This document shows, piece by piece, positions 36,190 through 44,235 of a stretch of DNA of 64,000 bases. The notes under the pieces were generated by a model. That model saw only the letters and a list, made by a program, of their open reading frames with translations. It had not been told where the DNA came from and did no database searches. This stretch comes from Patescibacteria group bacterium (GTDB taxonomy: Bacteria > Patescibacteriota > Doudnabacteria > UBA920). The position numbers were made by a program, and so were the translations under genes. Numbering within the stretch: the first letter of the stretch is position 1; the number at the start of each line of letters is the position of its first letter. The stretch spans positions 3,994 to 67,993 of the forward strand of contig DAIMCS010000002.1 in assembly GCA_036726225.1 (NCBI GenBank), read 5' to 3'.

Positions 36190-37800
36190 TTACGGCACTT
36201 CAATTATTGTAGGGATTCCGGGGCCGGTTTGGAAAGGCAAAATGGGAGTGCAGGCGGAGGTAAATGTCATACCGCTGCCGTTGTTGTAATCTGCCCTAAA
36301 ACAGTTTTGCATTCTTCCGGTTGCGGCAGAATAGCCGGTGGGTATTGCAAGCTGGCCTTCAAAAGTAATTCTGCGAATGCTGGGTAAAGCCCCTCCCGCA
36401 GGAATATTGGGAATGCCGGTAAAGGTAAGCCTTTGGTTGGGCGGTGAGCCCGTAACACTTAAATTAATGCCCACGCTGGCAATGTTAACTTCTCCTGAAC
36501 CGGAATCGTACTTTGCGTTCCATCCGCCCGGAGGCTGTTTTAAGTTGAGCAAATTGTCAGTGAGGGTTATTGTGCTGGCTTGTAAGTTGCCGGTATTACA
36601 CAGGTTAATGGAAAATTTTAAAATATCGTTGAGTTTTAATTTGGTACCGGCAGGCAGGCTGTCGGTTATGCCGCATTGGTTAAAACCAAGCACGTCCCCG
36701 TTTATGGCAACAATGTCTTTGTCAGAAGTGGACAAATTAGCCGCGCAAATGGTATCTGCCAAACCGGCAAATTCAAGCAGGCTAGATTCCCCAACAGCAT
36801 TGTAGGCGCTTGCCCAGTAATAGTAGACAGTGCCCGAAGGCGTGGGCGTGTAGGTGTGGGTTAGTATGCCTGAAACTCCGGCCGAAGGCCCAAAAGTTTG
36901 AAGCAGGTAAGGGGAGCCGGCTCCGGTTGGGCTTGGTGGTGTGCTGTTGTTGGTTCGGTACAAATAAAAGCCGTCTTCGTCATTTGCCTGGTCTTTAAAG
37001 GTCAGCCTTACCTGGCCGCAAGGCACCACGCCTCCGGAAGTCGCCCAGTTGTCTCCCGTGGGGTCGGTTGGAGGGTTTGGCCCTAAAGTGTAAGAAGGAT
37101 AGGAGGGGTAGGTTGGGTAACCCGGGTAGGTTGGATATCCCGGATAAGTGGGGTAGGAAGGATATGTGGGATAAGCAGGATAGCTGGGGTACGAGGGGTT
37201 TCCGTAACTTGGGTAAGAAGGATAGGCCGGGTAGGAAGGGTATGCGGGGTAGGCCGGATAGGTGGGGTAACCGGGATAGGTTGGGTAAACGGGGTAAGCA
37301 GGATAAACAGGATACGTGGGCGCGTATGCCGGATAGGAAGGACAGGCGCCCGTGTTGCTACAGGCTGCTGTGGGTGTTCCCGGGTCGGTACAGGTGTCTG
37401 TTGTGCAAGCGTCGTTGTCGTCACAATCTGCGTCTGTGCTGCAGGCATAGGTTGGGTAAGTGGGGTAAGTTGGAGGATAGGTTGGGTACGAGGGGTAGGT
37501 GGGATAAGTAGGATATGTAGGATAAGAAGGATATGTAGGTGAAGGGCAACCGGGAGGCGGTGGGGTGTCGAAACAGTTGGGGGTGCATTCCCAAATATCA
37601 CACACCGGTGGGCTCACACCGTCACAACCAAGAGGCTCTCCGGCACGACCCATACAGGCCGGTTCGCAGGTCCATTGGTCATCCAAATGGCAAGCATTTG
37701 CGGTTTTGGCAGAAGTTAAAAATAAGAACGTAAAAAAAGCAAAGCAGGAAAGCAACAGTGTAAAAATTTTAATGTTTTTAGCCATAAAGTTAGCCTTCAA
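36190..37800 (-). CDS. Secreted Cys-rich protein with (S/T/A)YP tandem repeats, an FN3-like domain and a DUF11-like C-terminal domain
   Basis: Signal/TM at the N-terminus. Runs of PTYPTYPSYPTYP. C-terminal ~190 aa is homologous to the C-terminus of 44236..47826 (NLSTSDKDIVAING...RRITFE.QL...MQNCFR.DYN.G.GMTF..ACTP.LPF....GTPTIIEVP). Confidence 0.6.
   Translation of the reverse strand: MKANFMAKNIKIFTLLLSCFAFFTFLFLTSAKTANACHLDDQWTCEPACMGRAGEPLGCDGVSPPVCDIWECTPNCFDTPPPPGCPSPTYPSYPTYPTYPTYPSYPTYPPTYPTYPTYACSTDADCDDNDACTTDTCTDPGTPTAACSNTGACPSYPAYAPTYPVYPAYPVYPTYPGYPTYPAYPAYPSYPAYPSYPSYGNPSYPSYPAYPTYPSYPTYPGYPTYPGYPTYPSYPSYTLGPNPPTDPTGDNWATSGGVVPCGQVRLTFKDQANDEDGFYLYRTNNSTPPSPTGAGSPYLLQTFGPSAGVSGILTHTYTPTPSGTVYYYWASAYNAVGESSLLEFAGLADTICAANLSTSDKDIVAINGDVLGFNQCGITDSLPAGTKLKLNDILKFSINLCNTGNLQASTITLTDNLLNLKQPPGGWNAKYDSGSGEVNIASVGINLSVTGSPPNQRLTFTGIPNIPAGGALPSIRRITFEGQLAIPTGYSAATGRMQNCFRADYNNGSGMTFTSACTPILPFQTGPGIPTIIEVP
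37080..37340. repeat. Imperfect 9-bp tandem repeats (coding for YP-triplet repeats)
   Basis: Periodic ggRtaDgNN units on the + strand (ggataggag gggtaggtt gggtaaccc gggtaggtt...). A second shorter block lies at ~37455..37545. Confidence 0.6.
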
Positions 37801-38317
37801 TTAAATCTATATTCGCCTGGGTTTTACCGTTTTGGCTTGGGCCGAGCAGAATTTTTACCTGATATTTTATATTGCTTAGTTCCATTAAAGAGTATAAATG
37901 ATTCTTAAAAAAAGTAACGCCTAACCAGCCGCCGTTGTCGGGATTTTCAATTTGTTCAAAGTAATTGTTAAAAAGCTCTACCACAGGAGTGTTAGTGGTA
38001 AGTTTTATTTGGTAGCCTGTTTTGCCCCCCTGATAGGTGACTTCAGATACGGTTTTTTCAATGGTGTCTTTGGGCACAAAAATTTCCAAAAATGAAGGCA
38101 GGGTAGCAGCCCTTTTAGAAGCTGCGGCCGGAATATTGACGGTGGATTTAGCCAGCGCGGTTTTTAAAATCTGCTCTTTAAAGCCCGAAGTTTGAATTTG
38201 TTTTTCTACGGCAAGTAAGTCCTGCTTTTTTTGGTTTTTGTAGTAAACAAAAATAAGCACGGCAGCAGCTGCGGCCAGGATGAGAATTACAACAATTATT
38301 TTATTTTTGCCTGCCAT
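37790..38317 (-). CDS. Hypothetical membrane-anchored protein
   Basis: N-terminal TM (IIVVILILAAAAAVLIFVYY). Confidence 0.4.
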   Translation of the reverse strand: MAGKNKIIVVILILAAAAAVLIFVYYKNQKKQDLLAVEKQIQTSGFKEQILKTALAKSTVNIPAAASKRAATLPSFLEIFVPKDTIEKTVSEVTYQGGKTGYQIKLTTNTPVVELFNNYFEQIENPDNGGWLGVTFFKNHLYSLMELSNIKYQVKILLGPSQNGKTQANIDLIEG

Positions 38318-38455
38318 TATATTGCTGTATTTGTTTCTTTTAGCTTGAGGTCTCTCTCTTTAAATTATACAACGAAGTAAATTTTTGTCAAAAAAAAAGA
38401 GGGTTTGCGGTTTTTTGGCCGCTAACCCATCTTTTCGAGTTGTTTTCTTATCGCT

Positions 38456-39001
38456 TTATCGGTTGAAGCTGATTTGCTCCGCTTCAAACGTCTTCTTGAC
38501 GTTTGAAAGGTAAGCATCGGCCTCCTTGCCTGTAAACCTACCTTGTTGTTGCAGGTCTTCCAGGTACTGAATTTCAACCGACCTACAGCTGTTTTCGTCA
38601 GGTTGCCCTAAGGCATGGCACAGCTCATGGAGCAGTACCGAGGCTACAGACCCGACTGCCGCAGAACGATTTTGCAGATTTTGTGCTTCACGCCAGAATT
38701 TGGTGTCCTGCCTGACGAAAAGCGGAAAATGGATATGGGCTTTCTTGCCGGGCTCTTTGACAAGAACAAAAGCATTCTTGTCTTTGAGTTCAGACAGGCT
38801 CTTTTCCATGCCCGATTCTTTCGCCCACGTCTTGAGGTCTTTTATCAGAAAAATATCCTGCTGTGTGATTGTGATGCCCGTCAGTCCGACGTTCAACAGA
38901 GTAATGGCTTCATCAATCAGCTCCGTTGCTTTGTCCGCAGCACCCAAGGAGGGCGCGCAGATAAAGAACAACAGCACGATGAGTGCGATAATCTTTTTCA
39001 T
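38456..39001 (-). CDS. Small secreted putative Zn-metallopeptidase (HExxH)
   Basis: Signal peptide plus VLLHELCHALGQPDE. Confidence 0.45.
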   Translation of the reverse strand: MKKIIALIVLLFFICAPSLGAADKATELIDEAITLLNVGLTGITITQQDIFLIKDLKTWAKESGMEKSLSELKDKNAFVLVKEPGKKAHIHFPLFVRQDTKFWREAQNLQNRSAAVGSVASVLLHELCHALGQPDENSCRSVEIQYLEDLQQQGRFTGKEADAYLSNVKKTFEAEQISFNR

Positions 39002-39292
39002 TTTTTTGCCCTCCTAAGGGTTTTACTGTGGTTTTACCTTGGCTGGCCTAAACTCACAAAAGAAAAGTCTGTTTTATAAAACTGCTCTTTTGTACGTTTG
39101 GCCGAAAAAAACAAAATAAAAAGCCCTAAAGCGCAAGTTAAAAACTTGTCTTTAGGACAAAAGGAAAATTGTTAAATTTAATTGTTTTTTCCCTCATTTT
39201 ACCCACCATAAAATCTAATTTTATTATATCAGGTAATAAATTAATCGCCTATTTAATATAGGTAGTTTCAGGCTTGTATAATAGCATAAATT

Positions 39293-40570
39293 TTGGTTTT
39301 TGTCAATCCCGCCGTAGAAGAAATTTTAAAATTAGTTATGGTATACTTTAATTCTGAAATGTTAAATTATTTTACAAAAAATCCAAAAAAAGTTTTGCTG
39401 TTGCTAAATATAATTTTGGCTTTGGGGTTGGTTTTTAGTCTGCAAATTATTTGGAAAAATTATCCTCAAAACGAAAATGAAACCGAAAACCTTTTGTTAA
39501 GTTCCGAAGTTTCTAAAATGGCCGGGGAAATTTTTTCAGAGTGCAAAAAATCCAACAGCTGGCACGAGTGCTACAAAGTGGAGCTTTCTAAAACCACCAA
39601 AACTTACGGCCTTAAAACCGGCACTGAAATTTTAAACCTGGTCCAGGCGCAAGACCCCAACAGCAGGAACTGCCATGTCATTTCCCATTTTATGTCCAGG
39701 GAGGCCATAAAAAGAAACCCAAATAATTTAGACCAACTTTTAGACGAGCTGGACGTAAACGCGTGCGGCAGCGGTTTTTTGCACGGGGTTTTGGAAGCTT
39801 ACGTGGGCATGCATCCGGAGCTTAAGATAGAAGACTTTGCCAACGAGGTTTGCAACCGCGGCACAGAGTACAAAAAAAGGATGTGCGCGCATTTTATTGG
39901 CCATGTTTTTTTGCTAAACACAGAAGGGGATTTACAGCTGGCTGTCGGCCTGTGCCATAAGCTACAAGATGCCTGGTTGTTTGACTGTTTAGACGGAGCG
40001 TTTATGGAAGACCATCAAAAACTTGCTTTGGTGGAACACGAAGTGGCCAAGCAGCCGGTGTTAAATGACGAATATATTAAACAAATGGAAAATACATGCG
40101 CTAAATTTAAGCAAAGAGCGGAACTTATGGCTTGCTGGACAGAAATGGCCGAAATGTATGCGCATACTTACGGCTATGACGCGGAAATTATTTACAAAAA
40201 TTGTTTAAGAGCCAAAGATTTGCAGGACCAAAGGGCGTGTTACGGCAAAGGCGTGGTGGTTATGGCAATTTATATGGGCTTTGAAAGTGAGCAAAAAATT
40301 CAAAGTTTATGCAAGCATTACAAAACTTCCCCGCAAGATGAGCAATGGTGCGTTAGCAGCGTTCTTTCGGCATTAATTTATTATTCGCCAAAATTTGTGG
40401 ACCGAGGCATTACCGCGTGCGGTTTAGTTTCACCCGATTTGCAAGCCTGGTGCTTTGAAAAATTGAAAAATGAATTAAAGACTGTTATGCCCGACGCAAA
40501 AGCCCGCCAAGATTTGTGTAACGGATTAAGCGAGGCCGACAAACAAATTTGTCTGAAGTATGAAATATAG
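39293..40570 (+). CDS. Cys-rich repeat protein, paralog A (N-terminal TM anchor, unknown family)
   Basis: TM helix, then a periodic C-x-[HA]-x(2)-[GSA]-H motif (NCHVISHF, MCAHFIGHVF). Paralogous to 40560..41705 and 41702..42919. The true start may be an internal ATG (39338 or 39359). Confidence 0.5.
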   Translation: MVFVNPAVEEILKLVMVYFNSEMLNYFTKNPKKVLLLLNIILALGLVFSLQIIWKNYPQNENETENLLLSSEVSKMAGEIFSECKKSNSWHECYKVELSKTTKTYGLKTGTEILNLVQAQDPNSRNCHVISHFMSREAIKRNPNNLDQLLDELDVNACGSGFLHGVLEAYVGMHPELKIEDFANEVCNRGTEYKKRMCAHFIGHVFLLNTEGDLQLAVGLCHKLQDAWLFDCLDGAFMEDHQKLALVEHEVAKQPVLNDEYIKQMENTCAKFKQRAELMACWTEMAEMYAHTYGYDAEIIYKNCLRAKDLQDQRACYGKGVVVMAIYMGFESEQKIQSLCKHYKTSPQDEQWCVSSVLSALIYYSPKFVDRGITACGLVSPDLQAWCFEKLKNELKTVMPDAKARQDLCNGLSEADKQICLKYEI

Positions 40571-41705
40571 GCTTATTGCATTAATAATTTTACTGGCCGG
40601 GGGTTTTTTGCTAATGAAATTTTTTCCGGCAAAAAAAGTTGAGGGGCCCAAAGTGGAAGCGTCTTTTGAGCAGGCGGAAATTTATATTTCCGAAAAAATG
40701 TTAGCTTGTAAAGACCAACCCCAAAAGAGCTGCTATGAGCTGGCCGCAAAAGATTTTTTAAGCAAATTTTCTTTACCCCAGGTTTTGGAAGTTTTTGCGG
40801 CCAATGAAAAAAAACCGGAATTTTTTACCAAGTGCCATTTAGTGGCCCACTATTTAGGCCAGGAAGCCTACCGGCTTTCCGGCAGCGTGAGAAAAGTTTT
40901 TGAACAAAGCAGCCGCTCCTGTTTGGGCGGTTCGTACCACGGCGCGGTGGAAGGCTACTTTATAGCCAAGGGGCTGAATATAGATATTGATACCAATCCA
41001 AATTTGGGAAAAGAAGTGGCCGGTATGTGCGGCAAGCGGGAAGAATATGCCGCGCCCCAGCAATTTACCGAATGCAATCATGGCCTTGGCCATGCGTTAA
41101 TGTTTATTACCAATAACGATCTTATTAAAGCCTTAAATTTGTGTGACAATTTGGAGAGTTTAAATGAGCGCGAACTGTGTTATACCGGATCGCTTATGGC
41201 CAATTCTGACGGGGGAAAAGACACAGACCATCCTTCTAAATATTTAGACCCCAAAGATCCTTTATATCCCTGCCCGATTTTAGAGAAAAAATACCAAAAC
41301 CAATGTTACACTTATGGCGTGCTTTCGCAGTTCCAGTCAGACTTGGACAAAGCAATTGAACTTTGCACAAAAATTCCGGACGAATTCCAAAGCGCGTGCT
41401 TTAGGACAATTGGCCGGGACCGCACTATGGTGTCTGCAGATGTAAATGAACTTACGGCGCAGTGCCAAAAAGCCCCGGATGAATTTAAAACAGAATGTAT
41501 GAAAGGCACGGCGTATAATTTGGTAATCCGGTTTGGCCCGGGTTCGGAGCTGCCTTTTGAATATTGCGGCATACAAACCCAAAGCAAGGCTGAATGCTAT
41601 GAACAAATTGTCATAGCCACAAGCGGGCAATCGCAGGATAAAACTTTTGTGTCAGCTGTTTGCGGCAAAATACCCGTTGAATTTAAAAACGAGAGGTGCA
41701 ATTAA
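40560..41705 (+). CDS. Cys-rich repeat protein, paralog B
   Basis: KCHLVAHYLGQEA, ECNHGLGHALMF and repeated C-x(3-4)-G motifs. Its start overlaps the stop of paralog A. Confidence 0.5.
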   Translation: MKYRLIALIILLAGGFLLMKFFPAKKVEGPKVEASFEQAEIYISEKMLACKDQPQKSCYELAAKDFLSKFSLPQVLEVFAANEKKPEFFTKCHLVAHYLGQEAYRLSGSVRKVFEQSSRSCLGGSYHGAVEGYFIAKGLNIDIDTNPNLGKEVAGMCGKREEYAAPQQFTECNHGLGHALMFITNNDLIKALNLCDNLESLNERELCYTGSLMANSDGGKDTDHPSKYLDPKDPLYPCPILEKKYQNQCYTYGVLSQFQSDLDKAIELCTKIPDEFQSACFRTIGRDRTMVSADVNELTAQCQKAPDEFKTECMKGTAYNLVIRFGPGSELPFEYCGIQTQSKAECYEQIVIATSGQSQDKTFVSAVCGKIPVEFKNERCN

Positions 41706-42919
41706 AAGGCTGAAAATATATCTTCGTCCGGTTTGGGCGTTAGGCAAAGGTGTAAATAATTTTTTGGGAAATTTTCGCAGGCAGTTTGCAAATTTTTTGC
41801 ATCCAGCCTTTGGCTTAGCATAAAGCCAACGGCTTTAAAACATCCTTCCTGTGCCTCATACAGCAGACCTAAACAATAGTCTGCGGTTTTTTGAGCGTAA
41901 GTGGTTGAATGGTAAATAAGTGTGGCGGCAACGTACCTTGCGCATTTGCTGTAAGCTTTAAGGTCCTCTGCGTAAGGGGTGCACAGGGAGAGTTTTTCGG
42001 CAGTTGGTGAAAATTTTTCAGAAATTACAAGCGAAGAAATAGCCCTAAAATAACAAAGGCGTGCCTGGGCTTTGTGGGGGGCTTTTTGGCAGGCAGAGTA
42101 AACCTGCTTTTGGTCGTATTGGTAATATTCCGCAATAATATGTCCTAAATTGGACCAGCAGGCTTCACTTGCCTCGAGGTTGTTTTTAAAATTTTCGCAT
42201 TGTTTTTTAACTTGCGCAAAACTTTGGGCGTCTTTAGTGGGATTGGGGTGGTTAGTAATGAGCCCGTGTTCAAACAGCATATCTTTAAATGCGTTTTCCA
42301 TAAACATACCGTTGTAACATTCAAAAGCAAGCGGCCCAACCTGCCCGCAGACAGCAGCGGCTTTTTCAATGTCATCTTCAGTTTGGAAAATTAGCATATG
42401 GCCAAAGCCGTGAGCGCAGGCAGTGGAAGTAAGTTTGGGCAGGCTGCCGCAAGTTTGGGTTAAGCTTTGGGCATTAATTGTAAAACTGCTGTCAAAAGCC
42501 AAATGGCCCTCCACTATGCCGTGCAAAAAACCGCCGGCGCAGCCTTCCATAGAAATGTCGGCTTTTTTAATTAGCTGCTGCCAGGAATTAGGGTCTCTTT
42601 TGACTGCGGCAATAGAAATAATATGCGCCAGCCCGTGGCATTGGCGGGTTTGGGAATCCAGTAACTGCAATTCTTTAAGGGTTTGGCTTGCAAATTCAAA
42701 ACCATTTTCTAAAGCCAGCTTGCTGAATTTTTGGCGGTAGCAGTTTTGTTTTTGCGCATCTTGCGCACATTGCTCCTGCAGGTTTTTTGCTTCTGCCGCA
42801 AAATCTAAAAGCTTAACAGGTTGTTTATTTATTTTAAAAAACGCAACCGTTGCAAAAGCAAGAACGGCAGCGAAAAGCAGAACAATTATTTTAATTTTTA
42901 TCGGTCGGGATATAAACAT
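41702..42919 (-). CDS. Cys-rich repeat protein, paralog C
   Basis: QCHGLAHIISIA, ACAHGFGHMLIF. Convergent with paralog B; the two stops overlap by 4 nt. Confidence 0.5.
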   Translation of the reverse strand: MFISRPIKIKIIVLLFAAVLAFATVAFFKINKQPVKLLDFAAEAKNLQEQCAQDAQKQNCYRQKFSKLALENGFEFASQTLKELQLLDSQTRQCHGLAHIISIAAVKRDPNSWQQLIKKADISMEGCAGGFLHGIVEGHLAFDSSFTINAQSLTQTCGSLPKLTSTACAHGFGHMLIFQTEDDIEKAAAVCGQVGPLAFECYNGMFMENAFKDMLFEHGLITNHPNPTKDAQSFAQVKKQCENFKNNLEASEACWSNLGHIIAEYYQYDQKQVYSACQKAPHKAQARLCYFRAISSLVISEKFSPTAEKLSLCTPYAEDLKAYSKCARYVAATLIYHSTTYAQKTADYCLGLLYEAQEGCFKAVGFMLSQRLDAKNLQTACENFPKNYLHLCLTPKPDEDIFSAF

Positions 42920-43367
42920 CTCTTACTATCCACGCTTTGCTTCGAAGGTCGTATTCCGCAGAAATAATTATATTTAAGCCGGCTTTTAGCTCGTTTCTGG
43001 CTTCAGCCATACTGCTTTGGGCGCCGTAGGGAGGGGTGAGTTTGGAAACCCTGCTCTCGCCGCTTAAAGTAAATTTAGGCAGCGAAGCATTGTCTAAAAC
43101 AATTATGTTGTTGCCGCTTTCAAGCGCGGCTATTTTTCCGTTTATGAAATAATGTACGAAAGCCTGGCCAATGCTTGGGTCTGAAAGGGAAATGGGAAAG
43201 TTTGATGTTTCTTCCTGTTTAACTTTTTCCTGGTTGCCGGTTTGTGTGTTTGAAGCCGGAGGCGCTTTTATTTTTAGTTTTGGGCCGGCAATAATTGCCA
43301 GGCTCACTAAGAAAGCTGCCCCTAATATGATAGCAGAAATAATTAAGGGTTTTTTTGAGTCTAACAT
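42891..43367 (-). CDS. Small N-terminally anchored protein (paralog pair with 43376..43819)
   Basis: N-terminal TM. C-terminal WIVRDVYIPTDKN is similar to the neighbour's WIFRDIYILK. Confidence 0.4.
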   Translation of the reverse strand: MLDSKKPLIISAIILGAAFLVSLAIIAGPKLKIKAPPASNTQTGNQEKVKQEETSNFPISLSDPSIGQAFVHYFINGKIAALESGNNIIVLDNASLPKFTLSGESRVSKLTPPYGAQSSMAEARNELKAGLNIIISAEYDLRSKAWIVRDVYIPTDKN

Positions 43368-43375
43368 TAGTCTTA

Positions 43376-43819
43376 TTATTTTAAAATATAGATGTCCCTA
43401 AAAATCCAAAACCCCTGGGTATCTTCTTTGTCTAACTGCAGGTCCACATGGCTGCCAACTTTTATTTCGCTTGCCGCGGCTTTTTCAAATTGGGTTCCGG
43501 CTTTTTTCCAAATGCGAGTGTCGCTTTTTATGGTAAAATCGGGCAGGCTTAGCTTGCCGGCGTTTTCTAAAATAATTTGCTTGCCGGCATCGGTTGCATT
43601 AACGGCTTTTACGTCGCCTTCAAAACTATACCTTGTAAGACCGGGGCCGGGTTTTTCCGGAAAAACTACCTGTTTGACTGTTGACTCACCCCCTTCATTT
43701 ACTACGGGCGGCGGTTGAGGCGGCGGGTTTACATTTCCGTCCTGGCGGTTTTTTGTAAATATAAACGCTGCTAAAGCAACAACAACTATTACTATTATAG
43801 ATAAGGTTTTTTTGTCCAT
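43376..43819 (-). CDS. Small N-terminally anchored protein (paralog)
   Basis: N-terminal TM, Pro-rich linker, C-terminal domain similar to 42891..43367. Confidence 0.4.
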   Translation of the reverse strand: MDKKTLSIIVIVVVALAAFIFTKNRQDGNVNPPPQPPPVVNEGGESTVKQVVFPEKPGPGLTRYSFEGDVKAVNATDAGKQIILENAGKLSLPDFTIKSDTRIWKKAGTQFEKAAASEIKVGSHVDLQLDKEDTQGFWIFRDIYILK

Positions 43820-43829
43820 AATTTTTATT

Positions 43830-44222
43830 TTAATTCTCTACCGTAATTATACCACGGATTTGGGCATTTAGGTGGTCATGGAATTTCCAGCTGCCGTTTT
43901 TTTCAAAAACAAAGCTCCATTCCGCATTGGGAGCTATGGGTTTTTGCGGGTCGAACTCGGGGTAAATCCCATGGGTTGGATGCAGGTCGGAAGCCGGCCA
44001 ATGCTCTTTTTCTCCCAAATTTTGGAAAACTACTTTAGTGCACTTTTTTATGTTAAGCGAAGAAGGGTCAAAGCTACTGTCCTTAAGCGCAATTTTAACT
44101 TCTGCATAAATTTGCGGGCAAGCGGTCGGGTTTTGTGGCGGCTTAGTCTCTTTGCTGCAGCCGGCAGCCAGAAAAAATATAAAACTAAAGACTAAAATAA
44201 ATTTTAAGGTTTGAATATACAT
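43830..44222 (-). CDS. Small secreted/lipoprotein-like protein with conserved His/Cys residues
   Basis: Signal-like N-terminus ending LAAGCSKE (a possible lipobox). Residues C...H..H...HDH are present, but no confident family could be assigned. Confidence 0.35.
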   Translation of the reverse strand: MYIQTLKFILVFSFIFFLAAGCSKETKPPQNPTACPQIYAEVKIALKDSSFDPSSLNIKKCTKVVFQNLGEKEHWPASDLHPTHGIYPEFDPQKPIAPNAEWSFVFEKNGSWKFHDHLNAQIRGIITVEN

Positions 44223-44235
44223 TCACTCCTGGGCT

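Noticed and set aside
36267-37804. Several + and - strand ORFs overlapping the YP-repeat gene (e.g. 37068..37511, 37083..37601).
   Set aside because: They arise from the repetitive 9-bp periodic DNA read in other frames (R/G/W-rich or P/T-rich low complexity). Only the frame with a signal peptide and the conserved C-terminal domain is credible.
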